Origin: Kiritimatiellia bacterium
GTDB taxonomy: Bacteria; Verrucomicrobiota; Kiritimatiellia; UBA8416
Assembly (NCBI GenBank): GCA_007129405.1
Contig: SKVN01000054.1
Coordinates: forward strand, 1-51,779
Direction: 5' to 3'
DNA length: 51,779 bases
Every line of letters begins with the position of its first letter. Position 1 is the first letter of the stretch. Below are positions 7,821 to 18,157 of this stretch, piece by piece. The notes below the pieces were generated by a model, which was given only the letters and a program-made list of their open reading frames with translations, was not told where the DNA came from and made no database searches. The translations under genes were made by a program, and so were the position numbers.

Positions 7821-8054
7821 GTAACCATTCCCTTCCTCTCCACCCGTGTCCGTGTGAACACGGAAAAAAGCAACTGGATACTTATGTACCAAACGCTGCA
7901 TCATGAAGCAAACCAGAGCAGTAAAAGGTTCGCTTGCCGCTCAAAACACATGAGCATAACGTATTCAGAAGAGAAAAAACCATGCAGAAGAAAACTTTTG
8001 CCCCCCCTTACGCCCCCAAAACACCGTTCAGCGCATTGTGAAACCCTTTTACGT

Positions 8055-8083
8055 TTGACTTACCAACGCATTGCGCCTATGTT
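8055..8083 (+). promoter_or_regulatory. Candidate sigma70-type promoter for fba (TTGACT-17 nt-TATGTT)
   Basis: Hexamers at 8055-8060 and 8078-8083. Consensus use in this lineage is unverified. Confidence 0.3.
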
Positions 8084-8209
8084 TCCACAACTGTTTGACA
8101 GAGCACAACGAATGTGACGGCAAACAGGATCTTCAAATAATTGCACCCCCGGCATTTTCAAAATCCGGGATTGGTGATTGTAGAAAAACCAGTAGGGAGA
8201 TACACAACA

Positions 8210-9157
8210 ATGATTGTTTCCACGAATAAACTTTTTGAGCACGCCTACGGCAAATATGCAATTGGGGCTTATAACATCAATAATGCCGAGCAAATCATGG
8301 GGCTGTTTCGCGGCAACATGGACAGCAAGGCTCCATTCATTATTCAGCTTTCCAAAGGAGCGCGTTCCTACACGGACACACGTCTTCTGGAAGCCATGAT
8401 CCGTGCCGCCGACGAAATCTTTCCCGATGCCGTATTTGCCGTACATCTGGATCATGGCGACGAGGAAACCTGCTATGACTGCATCGACAGTGGATTTTAT
8501 AGCTCCGTCATGATTGATGCCAGCCATGAATCCTTTGAAGAGAACATCGCCATCACCAAGCGCGTCGTTGAACGTGCACATGCCAAAGGCATCTCCGTAG
8601 AAGCTGAACTGGGTATGCTGGGTGGTGTTGAGGAGCATGTCTCCGTAGATGAGGCCGACGCCAAACTCACAGATCCCAAAGAGGTAGAAGAGTTTGTGAA
8701 AAAAAGTGGTTGCGATAGCTTGGCCTGCGCAATCGGAACCAGCCATGGCGCCTACAAATTCAGTGGCGGGCAAGGACTTCACTTTAACGTCATCGAGGAA
8801 ATTGCAAAATTGATTCCGCGCTTCCCGCTCGTCATGCATGGTTCCAGCTCGGTTCCACAAGATGAAGTTGAGCGCATCAATGCGGCTGGTGGGCAACTCA
8901 AAGGCGCCAAAGGCGTTGATGAAGCACAGATCACCAAAGCATCGAAAATGGGCGTGACCAAGGTGAACATTGACACGGATGGCCGTTTGGTCTGGTGCCG
9001 CGTGCATCGCGAAAGCTTCCGAGACAACCCCGAAAACTTCGACTTACGCCCACCGGGCAAAATCTTCATGGCTGAATACGCCAAATACATTGCCCATAAA
9101 AACGAAGTTCTTGGCAGTGCAGGGCAATTAGATTCAGTACGTGAATTTGTAAAATAA
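8210..9157 (+). CDS. fba: Class II fructose-1,6-bisphosphate aldolase
   Basis: Motifs AIGAYNINN, HLDHG, SVMIDAS, EAELG and HGSSS. Start at ATG 8210 after GGGAGA. Confidence 0.9.
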   Translation: MIVSTNKLFEHAYGKYAIGAYNINNAEQIMGLFRGNMDSKAPFIIQLSKGARSYTDTRLLEAMIRAADEIFPDAVFAVHLDHGDEETCYDCIDSGFYSSVMIDASHESFEENIAITKRVVERAHAKGISVEAELGMLGGVEEHVSVDEADAKLTDPKEVEEFVKKSGCDSLACAIGTSHGAYKFSGGQGLHFNVIEEIAKLIPRFPLVMHGSSSVPQDEVERINAAGGQLKGAKGVDEAQITKASKMGVTKVNIDTDGRLVWCRVHRESFRDNPENFDLRPPGKIFMAEYAKYIAHKNEVLGSAGQLDSVREFVK

Positions 9158-9180
9158 GACATTTAAATAGCGATGCAATC

Positions 9181-9223
9181 AAATCCGGTCATTCCAATTG
9201 GAATGCACCGGATTTCGTATTTT
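9181..9223 (+). terminator. Rho-independent terminator after fba
   Basis: Long hairpin AAATCCGGT-CATTCCAATTGGAATG-c-ACCGGATTT followed by CGTATTTT. Confidence 0.6.
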
Positions 9224-9279
9224 AAAACTGCATACACAATAAGGCGAATTCACGTTCGCTTAAAAAATAGGAGCAAACC

Positions 9280-12200
9280 ATGGCGAAAAAAAATATGGTA
9301 ATGATTGATGGAAATACAACAGCAGCGAATGTTGCACATGCCTGCAGCGAGGTCTGTGCTATTTATCCGATCACCCCTTCGTCGAACATGGGTGAGACCT
9401 GTGACGAACTCAGTGCTGCAGGTGTCAAGAATCTCTGGGGCTCCGTACCCGATGTTGTGGAAATGCAATCCGAGGGTGGTGCCGCGGGAGCCGTGCACGG
9501 TGCCATGACATCCGGTGCCCTCACCTCTACATTCACGGCATCACAGGGACTCCTCCTGATGATTCCCAACATGTACAAAATTGCCGGTGAACTCACACCA
9601 ACGGTTTTCCATGTGTCCGCACGTTCCCTCGCCTGCCAGGGCTTGTCGATTTTTGGCGACCACTCCGACGTCATGTCCGTTCGCCAGACTGGATTTGCCT
9701 TGCTAGCAGCGGACAGCGTCCAGGAAATCGGCGACATGGCCACCATCGCCCACGCCTCCACGCTAAAGTCTCGCGTTCCCTTCCTACACTTCTTCGATGG
9801 CTTCCGCAGCTCGCACGAAGTGCAGAAAATCGATGAAGTCTCACACGAAACCATCCGTCAAATGATCGATGACGAGCTCGTGTTCGCGCACCGTCAGCGT
9901 GCGCTCTCCCCCGATCACCCGACCATGCGTGGTACGGCCCAAAATCCGGACGTATACTTCCAAGGCCGTGAAACGGTTAATACATATTACGCAGCCACAC
10001 CTGGTATTGTGCAGGAATACATGGATCGCTTTGCCAAACTCACGGGCCGCCAATATCACCTCTTCGATTACGAAGGTCATCCCCAGGCAGAAAAAGTCAT
10101 CATCATCATGGGATCCGGCGTGGAGACCGTCCATGAGACCGTGGAAGATCTTGTCGCCAAAGGCGAAAAAGTCGGCGTACTTAAAGTTCGTCTATTCCGT
10201 CCCTTCGATGCCAAGGCATTTGTGAAAGCATTACCCGCCAGTGTGAAAAGCATTGCCGTTATGGATCGCACCAAAGAACCCGGTTCACTCGGTGAACCTC
10301 TCTATGCGGACGTGCGTACCGCCATCGGCGAAATGATGGAAGAAGGCGAATATGCTGGCAAAGGATATCCCGTCATCGTTGGCGGACGCTATGGTCTCGG
10401 CTCCAAAGAATTCACACCGGCCATGGTCAAGGGTATCTTCGACAACCTGTCGCAGAAAAAGCCCAAAAATCACTTCACCGTTGGCATCATCGACGACGTA
10501 ACCAACACACATATTCCATACGATCCAACATGGACAGTTGAATCCGGGAAACGGATCGAATGCATGTTCTATGGACTCGGTGCTGATGGCACCGTCGGTG
10601 CTAACAAGAACTCCATCAAGATTATTGGAGAAGAAACCGACAACTACGCGCAAGGATACTTCGTATATGACTCGAAAAAATCCGGTGCCATGACCGTTTC
10701 GCACTTGCGTTTCGGACCGGAATTGATCCGTAGCCCCTACCTCTGCACAAAGGCAGACTTCGTGGCTTGCCACAACTTTGCCTTCCTCGAGAAATACGAG
10801 ATGCTGGCAAATGCCAAAGAAGGTGCCGTATTCCTGCTCGCCAGCCCCTACTCCGCGGATGAAGTCTGGCAGCATATGCCAGATGAAATTGAGCAGCAAA
10901 TCATCGACAAGAAAATTAAATTCTATGTCATTGATGCCATCAAACTGGCACATGAACTCGGATTGGGTGCCCGCATCAATACCATTATGCAAACCTGCTT
11001 CTTCGCCATCTCCGGCGTACTCCCGCAGGACGAAGCCATTGCCGCCCTCAAAAAAGCCATCAAAAAGACATACGGGCGCAAAGGCGATGACGTTGTAAAC
11101 ATGAACTTTGCCGCTGTCGATGCCGCTGTTGCCCAAATGGAGCAGGTAACTGTACCGTCTAAGCCAGCAGGCAAACGGCGTAAGCCACCCGTAGTCATAA
11201 CAGATGCCCCGGAGTTCGTGCTCAACGTAACCGCCGAGATCATGGCGCAACGTGGCGACCATCTGCCCGTAAGTGCCATACCGGCAGACGGAACCTGGCC
11301 AACCGCCACAACCAAATACGAAAAACGGAATATCGCCACGGAAATTCCCGAATGGCATGCAGATCTCTGTATCCAATGCGGACAGTGCTCACTCGTTTGC
11401 CCGCACGCCTCCATTCGCATGAAGGCATACGGTCCGGAAGCGCTTGATGGTGCTCCCGAAACGTTCAAGAGCATGGATGCCAAAGGCAAGGAATTTGCCG
11501 GCATGAAATATACCATCCAGGTTGCACCCGAAGATTGCACGGGTTGCGGTGCTTGCGTACAGCGCTGTCCCGCGCTCGAACGTGATCCGCAAACCAAAGA
11601 ACCCACAGGCAAAAAAGCCATCATGATGACCGAACAACTTCCGATTCGTGAACAGGAAAAAGCCAACTGGGAATTCTTCCTCAACTTGCCGGAAACAGAC
11701 CCCGCGCTCTATAAAAAGGATACCATCAAGGGTAGCCAATTCTGTCAGGCACTGTTTGAATTCTCGGGTGCTTGCACAGGTTGCGGCGAAACAGCCTATG
11801 TAAAACTGCTCAGCCAGCTCTATGGTGACCGTTTGATGATTGCCAACGCAACGGGCTGTTCCTCCATTTATGGTGGCAACTTGCCAACTACGCCATATGC
11901 AACGCGTGCCGATGGACTCGGACCAGTCTGGTCAAACTCCCTGTTCGAAGACAATGCCGAATTTGGCTTCGGTATGCGTCTGGCTGTCGAGAAATTCAAT
12001 GGCTATGCCCTTGAACTTATCGCGCGTCTTCAGAAAGATGAATGCAATTGCGAACACAAGAATCCGGAATTGCTGCAAGCTATCGTTGAAGCCGATCAAT
12101 CCACACAGGCAGGTATCGAGGAACAGCGCGCACGCATTACTGAGCTCAAGCAAATCCTATCCGGATGTGCGGACTGCGCCGAATGCGCTCGCCTGCTCTC

Positions 12201-12864
12201 CGTGGCCGATTACCTCGTCAAAAAATCCGTCTGGGTGCTCGGGGGTGACGGCTGGGCCTACGACATCGGCTACGGCGGTCTCGACCATGTGCTCGCCTCC
12301 GGCCGCAACATCAACGTCCTCGTGCTCGACACGGAAGTCTACTCCAACACCGGTGGACAAGCTTCCAAAGCAACACCCATGGGTGCCGTAGCCAAGTTTG
12401 CCGCATCCGGCAAACCAGCCAACAAGAAAGATTTGGGCATGATTTCCATGACCTACGGCAACATCTATGTCGCCCAGGTGTCATTGGGAGCCAACCCGAA
12501 TCAGGTAATCAAAGCCTTTACCGAGGCCGAAGCGTATGATGGACCGTCCATCATTATTGCCTACTCGCACTGTATTGCACAAGGCATCGACATGACCAAT
12601 GGTCTCGAAAATCAAAAAGATGCTGTGGCATCCGGTCACTTCCCGCTGTATCGCTACAACCCGATGCTCAAGGAAGAAGGCAAAAACCCGCTCGTACTCG
12701 ATTCCAAAGCGCCAACGCAAACGTTCAGCGACTTTGCGCTCAAGGAAAACCGCTTCCGGATCTTGACCAAGAGCAAACCTGAAAATGCGAAAATCCTGCT
12801 CGACAAAGCAGACAAATTCGTAACCGAAAAATTCGAGATGCTCACCAGGCTCTCCGACATGTAA
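9280..12864 (+). CDS. nifJ: Pyruvate:ferredoxin (flavodoxin) oxidoreductase, single-chain NifJ/PFOR type
   Basis: 1194 aa. Two ferredoxin-type motifs, CIQCGQCSLVCP and CTGCGACVQRCP. TPP-binding GGDGWAYDIGYGG. Confidence 0.95.
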   Translation: MAKKNMVMIDGNTTAANVAHACSEVCAIYPITPSSNMGETCDELSAAGVKNLWGSVPDVVEMQSEGGAAGAVHGAMTSGALTSTFTASQGLLLMIPNMYKIAGELTPTVFHVSARSLACQGLSIFGDHSDVMSVRQTGFALLAADSVQEIGDMATIAHASTLKSRVPFLHFFDGFRSSHEVQKIDEVSHETIRQMIDDELVFAHRQRALSPDHPTMRGTAQNPDVYFQGRETVNTYYAATPGIVQEYMDRFAKLTGRQYHLFDYEGHPQAEKVIIIMGSGVETVHETVEDLVAKGEKVGVLKVRLFRPFDAKAFVKALPASVKSIAVMDRTKEPGSLGEPLYADVRTAIGEMMEEGEYAGKGYPVIVGGRYGLGSKEFTPAMVKGIFDNLSQKKPKNHFTVGIIDDVTNTHIPYDPTWTVESGKRIECMFYGLGADGTVGANKNSIKIIGEETDNYAQGYFVYDSKKSGAMTVSHLRFGPELIRSPYLCTKADFVACHNFAFLEKYEMLANAKEGAVFLLASPYSADEVWQHMPDEIEQQIIDKKIKFYVIDAIKLAHELGLGARINTIMQTCFFAISGVLPQDEAIAALKKAIKKTYGRKGDDVVNMNFAAVDAAVAQMEQVTVPSKPAGKRRKPPVVITDAPEFVLNVTAEIMAQRGDHLPVSAIPADGTWPTATTKYEKRNIATEIPEWHADLCIQCGQCSLVCPHASIRMKAYGPEALDGAPETFKSMDAKGKEFAGMKYTIQVAPEDCTGCGACVQRCPALERDPQTKEPTGKKAIMMTEQLPIREQEKANWEFFLNLPETDPALYKKDTIKGSQFCQALFEFSGACTGCGETAYVKLLSQLYGDRLMIANATGCSSIYGGNLPTTPYATRADGLGPVWSNSLFEDNAEFGFGMRLAVEKFNGYALELIARLQKDECNCEHKNPELLQAIVEADQSTQAGIEEQRARITELKQILSGCADCAECARLLSVADYLVKKSVWVLGGDGWAYDIGYGGLDHVLASGRNINVLVLDTEVYSNTGGQASKATPMGAVAKFAASGKPANKKDLGMISMTYGNIYVAQVSLGANPNQVIKAFTEAEAYDGPSIIIAYSHCIAQGIDMTNGLENQKDAVASGHFPLYRYNPMLKEEGKNPLVLDSKAPTQTFSDFALKENRFRILTKSKPENAKILLDKADKFVTEKFEMLTRLSDM

Positions 12865-12895
12865 AGATACGACTAACAAATCCAACCACGAAAAA

Positions 12896-12923
12896 CCCGG
12901 GCAGCAATGCCCGGGTTTTTTTT
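12896..12923 (+). terminator. Rho-independent terminator after PFOR
   Basis: CCCGGGC-AGCAAT-GCCCGGG followed by eight T. Confidence 0.85.
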
Positions 12924-12943
12924 CAGGTTGTGTCATTTTTGCT

Positions 12944-12971
12944 TTGACCCGTGCATGCACAAGCCTATAAT
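12944..12971 (+). promoter_or_regulatory. Candidate promoter for hisG (TTGACC-16 nt-TATAAT)
   Basis: Hexamers at 12944-12949 and 12966-12971, downstream of the PFOR terminator. Confidence 0.35.
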
Positions 12972-13088
12972 GCCTGCTTCCCGTTTTTCAGGCGTGAAGT
13001 GTTGTTATATCCCGTCAGGGACATATTGCATGCGCAAAAATGCATGTATCGCCAAAGAACAATCGATTGAAACCAGGGAGACATTGTT

Positions 13089-13961
13089 GTGACAAAAATT
13101 ATACTGGGCCTTCCCAAAGGCAGCCTACAAGAAGCCACATATTCGATGATGCGAAAAGCCGGATTTCACATTTCCTCCGGTTCGCGTTCCTATATCCCTT
13201 CTGTTGATGATGAGCAAATCGAAGCTCGTTTGATACGGGCTCAGGAAATCAGCCGATATGTCGAGCTGGGTATGCTGGACTGCGGCATCACCGGACACGA
13301 CTGGATCGTGGAAAACGGCTCTGATGTAGTCGAAATCGGAGAACTCATCTATGGCAAACAAGGATTTCGCCCTGTTCGCTGGGTTCTTGCAGTGCCCGAA
13401 AGTTCGCCGATCCAATCCGTCAAAGATCTTGAAGGAAAACGTATTGCTACTGAAGCCGTTGGCCTTACCAAGAAATACCTGGCAGACAATGGCGTAACCG
13501 CTGATGTCGAATTCTCCTGGGGTGCCACCGAAGTCAAAGCCCCCGAATTGGTGGACGCCATTGTGGAACTGACAGAAACAGGATCTTCCCTACGAGCCAA
13601 TAAACTCCGCATTGTTGATACCGTAATATCTTCAACTACAAGACTGATCGCGAGCCGCAAGGCCGTGGCCGATCCCGATAAAAAAGCCAAGATCGATCAG
13701 CTCATGCTGCTACTTGCAGGGGCACTTGCCGCTGAGGCCAAAGTTCTCTTAAAGCTTAACGTCAAAACCGACGGGCTTAATGCTATCACGGAAATCTTGC
13801 CGTCATTGCATGCGCCCACAATCAGTCCGCTGCAAACGAGCGATTGGAGTGCGGTTGAAACCGTTATTGATGAAGCCGTTGTCCGGGAAATCATCCCGCG
13901 CTTGAAATCGGCGGGAGCCGAAGGTATAGTTGAAATTCCCTTGAACAAGGTGATAGCCTAG
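13089..13961 (+). CDS. hisG: ATP phosphoribosyltransferase, long form
   Basis: 290 aa with GTG start. N-terminus [10 protein letters not shown] and a C-terminal regulatory domain are present. Confidence 0.9.
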   Translation: MTKIILGLPKGSLQEATYSMMRKAGFHISSGSRSYIPSVDDEQIEARLIRAQEISRYVELGMLDCGITGHDWIVENGSDVVEIGELIYGKQGFRPVRWVLAVPESSPIQSVKDLEGKRIATEAVGLTKKYLADNGVTADVEFSWGATEVKAPELVDAIVELTETGSSLRANKLRIVDTVISSTTRLIASRKAVADPDKKAKIDQLMLLLAGALAAEAKVLLKLNVKTDGLNAITEILPSLHAPTISPLQTSDWSAVETVIDEAVVREIIPRLKSAGAEGIVEIPLNKVIA

Positions 13962-13990
13962 CTGGGATTTCGTGGATCAGGAGGAAAACG

Positions 13991-14080
13991 TGGGTTCAAT
14001 TAAGAAGAAGCGTCGCAAAAAAATGACAAAGCACAAATATCGCAAGCGCGTACGTGCTGATCGTCACAAGAAGAAATAAA
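13991..14080 (+). CDS. 29-aa highly basic peptide resembling ribosomal protein bS22 (AURKAIP1/COX24-like); not in the supplied ORF track
   Basis: GTG start 5 nt after GGAGGA. Translation is MGSIKKKRRKKMTKHKYRKRVRADRHKKK; compare the mycobacterial bS22 pattern MGSVIKKRRKRMxKKKHRK. Confidence 0.55.
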
Positions 14081-14094
14081 CCGGGAGGTAGATC

Positions 14095-15750
14095 ATGCGG
14101 TCAGGCCTGCTACTATTGATGGTTGCAGCAATGATCGTTGCCGGATGCCGTACGGTTTCGTATCAGACGGCAGACTCCGCCGCAGTGGAGCCTGCCGTCT
14201 TTTCTTCTACAGAAACCGCGTTAGTAGAAGCATTGGCATTTTTTTTGTACGGTCGCCTGGTTGAAGATGAGGATAATCAAGGCTCGACAAATGCCTTGCC
14301 CTATTTTCGTGCCGCTGCCGAAAGAACCCCCGGAAGCCATACGGTCTACTCCCGCATCGCGGTTGGAGGCATGCGCAGGGGGGATCTCGCCGACAGCATC
14401 GCAGCGATGGAGTCTTCTTATGCGGCCAATCCAGACGATCCCATACGCCAGATTGATCTTGGTGCATTATATCAACTGGCCTTCCAAATGGAAAAAGCTG
14501 CCACATTGTTTCACAAAGCTCTCGGGCACCAACCTACGAACACCACCCTTTACCTTGCTCTGGGAGACATGTATTTTGCCCGGGCGCAAGATGAAAAGGC
14601 TTTGGAAGTGCTTGCAAAAGGATATACGCATGCTGACGCACCAGAAAGTCTTACGGACTACCTACACCAGCAAGTACGACGCTTCATTTCCAAAGGTGAA
14701 CTCAAACGTGCCATTCATGGCTTGGAATTACTTGCGCAATGGAGCGAAGATGATCGCGCTGAACTTGAATATATGGTCGGGGAGCTTCACATTGCCAGAA
14801 ATGCCATATCTGACGCTCTTGCCGCTTTTTATCGTACCATTGAACATCCTCGTGCCCCTGCAGCCGCCTATCTCCGACTCGGCGCCATACTGATAGAAAA
14901 AGAGGATGCAGAAGAAGCCATACGCATCATGCACACAGGAAATGAATTATTCCCTAATCTGGTTTCCTTTCCATTTGCCTTGGGAGGTTTATACGCGGAG
15001 GAAGGACAGTACGAAGAGGCCTTACTTGCCTACGAGAATGCCGTTCGCATCGCAAAGCAAGAGGATCTGTACGAAAAACCAGACTTGGCATCAGAGAACA
15101 TGGGCAAGAACCTGCTTATTGCGATGGCCGCCGCCCAAGAGCGCTTAAAACGATTTGATGATGCAGCACAAACACTCCAAACCGTGCTTGAAAAACATCC
15201 TGACAGTCATCTCGCAATGAATTTTCTCGCTTACATGTGGGCAGAACTAGATAAAAATCTGGATGAAGCCTATGCATTGAGCCAACGTTCACTTGAAATG
15301 GAACCGGAAAATGGTGCCTACCTCGATACACTTGGTTGGATATATTACCGTAAAGGAGAATACGAAAAGGCTCTAACATATCTCGAACTGGCACGCGAAC
15401 AACTGGGGTCGGATCCTGAAATCATTTTACACTTTGGCGATGTGTACGCAGCGAAGGGCGATAAGGAACGCGCCAAGCAATACTGGAAAGAAAGTGTACT
15501 TGGCGACGCAACACCAGACAATCGTGCATGGGCGCAATTGGAAAGTATCGGAATAGATCCCCAAGATTGGCTGGAATCCCAAGCCCAAACGAAATCAAAA
15601 CCAGAAGACATCCAAACAAGTGCGTCTTCTAAAGAGAAATCATCGAACGATCAACCTATCAACGACACCACAAGAGATGATCAACGTAAAGACGACACGG
15701 AAGACCGGGAGGGCTCGTCCTCCGAAACCAACAAAGACGTCGGAGAATAA
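14095..15750 (+). CDS. TPR-repeat lipoprotein with an acidic, Ser-rich disordered tail
   Basis: Signal peptide with lipobox (MIVAGC). Multiple 34-aa TPR-like units (e.g. AYLDTLGWIYYRKGEYEKALTYLELA). Confidence 0.7.
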   Translation: MRSGLLLLMVAAMIVAGCRTVSYQTADSAAVEPAVFSSTETALVEALAFFLYGRLVEDEDNQGSTNALPYFRAAAERTPGSHTVYSRIAVGGMRRGDLADSIAAMESSYAANPDDPIRQIDLGALYQLAFQMEKAATLFHKALGHQPTNTTLYLALGDMYFARAQDEKALEVLAKGYTHADAPESLTDYLHQQVRRFISKGELKRAIHGLELLAQWSEDDRAELEYMVGELHIARNAISDALAAFYRTIEHPRAPAAAYLRLGAILIEKEDAEEAIRIMHTGNELFPNLVSFPFALGGLYAEEGQYEEALLAYENAVRIAKQEDLYEKPDLASENMGKNLLIAMAAAQERLKRFDDAAQTLQTVLEKHPDSHLAMNFLAYMWAELDKNLDEAYALSQRSLEMEPENGAYLDTLGWIYYRKGEYEKALTYLELAREQLGSDPEIILHFGDVYAAKGDKERAKQYWKESVLGDATPDNRAWAQLESIGIDPQDWLESQAQTKSKPEDIQTSASSKEKSSNDQPINDTTRDDQRKDDTEDREGSSSETNKDVGE

Positions 15751-15755
15751 AACTA

Positions 15756-16829
15756 ATGGCAGCTATACACCAATTCACCGCGGGATTTGCCTGGCATGAT
15801 GCCATTAGCAACGAAGCAAACCTCTTTCGCAAAATTTTTCGGCAGTGGGGCTATACATCCGAAATCTATTGTGATCCCGCCAATACCAGCCGCGATCGAC
15901 GAGGAGAAATAAAAGACATTCATTCGGCAACGGCAGAAATCACTTCTGATGATATCGTGCTGCTGCATCTATCTATTGGGTCTGTCGCCAATAGTGTATT
16001 CGAATCCCTATCATGCCGGAAAGCAATCCTCTACCATAACGTTACGCCCGCACATTACTTTCAATTTACAAATCCACAAATTGCAGCCCACCTCCAGCGC
16101 GGGCGAGAGCAGGTTGCATCTTTGGCTGGCAAAGCTACCGTCAATATGGCAGACAGCGCTTTCAACGCCACCGAAATGGAAGGCATGGGATACACAGGCG
16201 TACAAATATTACCCATTGTGATCGATACGGATCTCATGCGTACCCCCCCGACGACTCGGCTCATGGAACGGCGTAGCGATGGACTCCTGAACACCATCTT
16301 TGTGGGACGCTGCACGCCCAACAAGAAAATTGAAGATGTGCTGCGCGTCTTCGCCTGGCTGCAAAAAAACATTACACCACAGTGCCGTTTAACCCTCATC
16401 GGCTCCAAGGCTGGCAATGAGCGCTATCATGCAATGCTTCTGGCTATGTGCAAAGAATGGCAATTGGCTCATGTAGAATTTACAGGATCGGTTTCACAAG
16501 CCGATCTACATGCGTACTACAAGTCAGCTCACGTTTTTCTCTGCATGAGTGAGCACGAAGGATTTTGCATTCCCCTTATGGAAAGCATGATGTATGACGT
16601 GCCTATCGTCGCGATGGCGGATGCAGCCGTGCCGGAAACACTGGATCATTCTGGCATATTGCTTACAGAACGACGTTTTGATATTGCCGCCGAAGCCATC
16701 TTTCGTCTACACCAAGACGCAGCATTACGAGACGGCGTAATAACAGCGCAACGCGAACGGTTAGCGCGCTACAAACAACGCGATCTGGAAGCCGAACTGC
16801 GCACAGCACTTGCACCCATCTTTCCGTAG
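15756..16829 (+). CDS. Glycosyltransferase, GT-B fold (GT4/group 1 family)
   Basis: C-terminal EHEGFCIPLMESMMYDVPIV (E-x7-E motif). Confidence 0.8.
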   Translation: MAAIHQFTAGFAWHDAISNEANLFRKIFRQWGYTSEIYCDPANTSRDRRGEIKDIHSATAEITSDDIVLLHLSIGSVANSVFESLSCRKAILYHNVTPAHYFQFTNPQIAAHLQRGREQVASLAGKATVNMADSAFNATEMEGMGYTGVQILPIVIDTDLMRTPPTTRLMERRSDGLLNTIFVGRCTPNKKIEDVLRVFAWLQKNITPQCRLTLIGSKAGNERYHAMLLAMCKEWQLAHVEFTGSVSQADLHAYYKSAHVFLCMSEHEGFCIPLMESMMYDVPIVAMADAAVPETLDHSGILLTERRFDIAAEAIFRLHQDAALRDGVITAQRERLARYKQRDLEAELRTALAPIFP

Positions 16830-16831
16830 CC

Positions 16832-17266
16832 ATGAACACAACCATTTCTCACTCGCCCGACGAAACCCTCGCCATCGCCACGGCATTGGCACAACAGCTT
16901 CATCCGGGAGACGTTGTGGCACTTTTTGGAGATTTAGGTGCCGGAAAAACCATTTTTGCAAAAGGACTCGCATTGGCACTGGGGGTTCACACGCCTGTCA
17001 GCAGCCCAACCTATACCATTCAGCACACATATAGAGGGAACCTATCTCCTATACACCACATCGATCTCTATCGACTCATGACACCCGATGATGTTGATAT
17101 GCTGGATCTTAACACCTGTTGGGAGACAAATGCCATTACCGTAATCGAGTGGGCCGAACGCGCAGGCAACCTCCTACCTCTTCAAACGTGGCGCGTCACC
17201 ATTGCACGGGGAAACAAACCGGAGCAGCGCAAGATTCAAATCATCCCGCCATCACTGCGCAACTAA
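16832..17266 (+). CDS. tsaE: tRNA t6A37 biosynthesis ATPase TsaE (YjeE)
   Basis: LFGDLGAGKT Walker A and SPTYTI motif; 144 aa. Confidence 0.85.
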   Translation: MNTTISHSPDETLAIATALAQQLHPGDVVALFGDLGAGKTIFAKGLALALGVHTPVSSPTYTIQHTYRGNLSPIHHIDLYRLMTPDDVDMLDLNTCWETNAITVIEWAERAGNLLPLQTWRVTIARGNKPEQRKIQIIPPSLRN

Positions 17267-17458
17267 CACGAGAGACAAACCATGATGCATAGCCCCCATT
17301 GTGTCAGGGAGGTTTATGTTACATTTTTGGAATCGGTTACAAGCCATCAACTTTCTCTGCAACTTTTTTCAGACAGAATAATGGTGCCAACCGACACTCG
17401 ACACGTAACGCCGGAATCCACTAGAATGTCTACCAACTCCATATTGAAAGGATTTTAG

Positions 17459-18157
17459 ATGAGCACAGCGTTAATCGTCGCGTTGGATGTCCCCAACGCA
17501 AACCAGATTCCTGATGTTGTAAAACAACTTCCCGACAGCGTTTCCTTTTACAAAGTCGGGCTGGAATTGTATACAGCGGCTGGCCCCGCCGCCCTCACCT
17601 TTCTTAAAGATGCAGGCAAAAAAGTATTTCTGGATCTGAAATTACACGACATTCCGCGCACGGTTGCGCGTGCCGTCACTAGTGCCTCAAACTTAGGTGT
17701 GGACATTTTAACCGTTCATGCTTGTGGAGGACGAGCCATGCTGGAAGCTGCCGCTGAAGCCAGTAAGAACCAACTGGATATCGTAGCCGTAACCGTCTTG
17801 ACCAGCCTGGATCAAACCGATTTGGAAACCATCGGCGTAAAGCGCGAATTGCGGGACCACATTCTTGCCCTAGGTAAACTGGCAGTCGAAAGCGGACTCC
17901 AAGGTTTGGTATGTTCCCCGCTCGAAACCCGTAGCTTCCGCGCGGAACTTGGCAGCGACCCCATTCTCATTACCCCAGGCATCCGACCTGCCGGTGCAGC
18001 GGCAGGCGACCAAAAACGCATTGCGACACCAACGATGGCTGCCGCAGATGGATCCTCCTACATCGTTGTTGGACGTCCCATTCTCGAGGCCTCAGACCCA
18101 GGACTGGCGGCAGAACAAATTATAGCGGAACTCCAGGCCACGGAAACGGTGGCATGA
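17459..18157 (+). CDS. pyrF: Orotidine 5'-phosphate decarboxylase
   Basis: Motifs VALD, FLDLKLHDIP and GRPI. Confidence 0.9.
   Translation: MSTALIVALDVPNANQIPDVVKQLPDSVSFYKVGLELYTAAGPAALTFLKDAGKKVFLDLKLHDIPRTVARAVTSASNLGVDILTVHACGGRAMLEAAAEASKNQLDIVAVTVLTSLDQTDLETIGVKRELRDHILALGKLAVESGLQGLVCSPLETRSFRAELGSDPILITPGIRPAGAAAGDQKRIATPTMAAADGSSYIVVGRPILEASDPGLAAEQIIAELQATETVA

Noticed and set aside
7821-7904. N-terminal extension of the PanE ORF (start at 7904)
   Set aside because: The Rossmann GxGxxG fold begins right after ATG 7820, which has a purine-rich RBS. The 28 extra residues have no counterpart in the family.
8060-9007. 315-aa ORF on the minus strand
   Set aside because: It lies entirely antisense to the strongly supported class II aldolase gene. 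The composition is Gly/Ala/Phe/Cys-rich shadow-frame-like and I recognise no motif.
10285-11684. Two long minus-strand ORFs (363 aa and 253 aa)
   Set aside because: Both lie antisense within the 1194-aa PFOR gene, whose Fe-S and TPP motifs fix the coding strand. These are shadow ORFs.
17326-17391. 21-codon ORF (MLHFWNRLQAINFLCNFFQTE) after GGGAGG in the tsaE-pyrF spacer
   Set aside because: The SD-to-ATG spacing is only 3-4 nt. There is no recognisable family and no way to test conservation here, so it is too weak to call.
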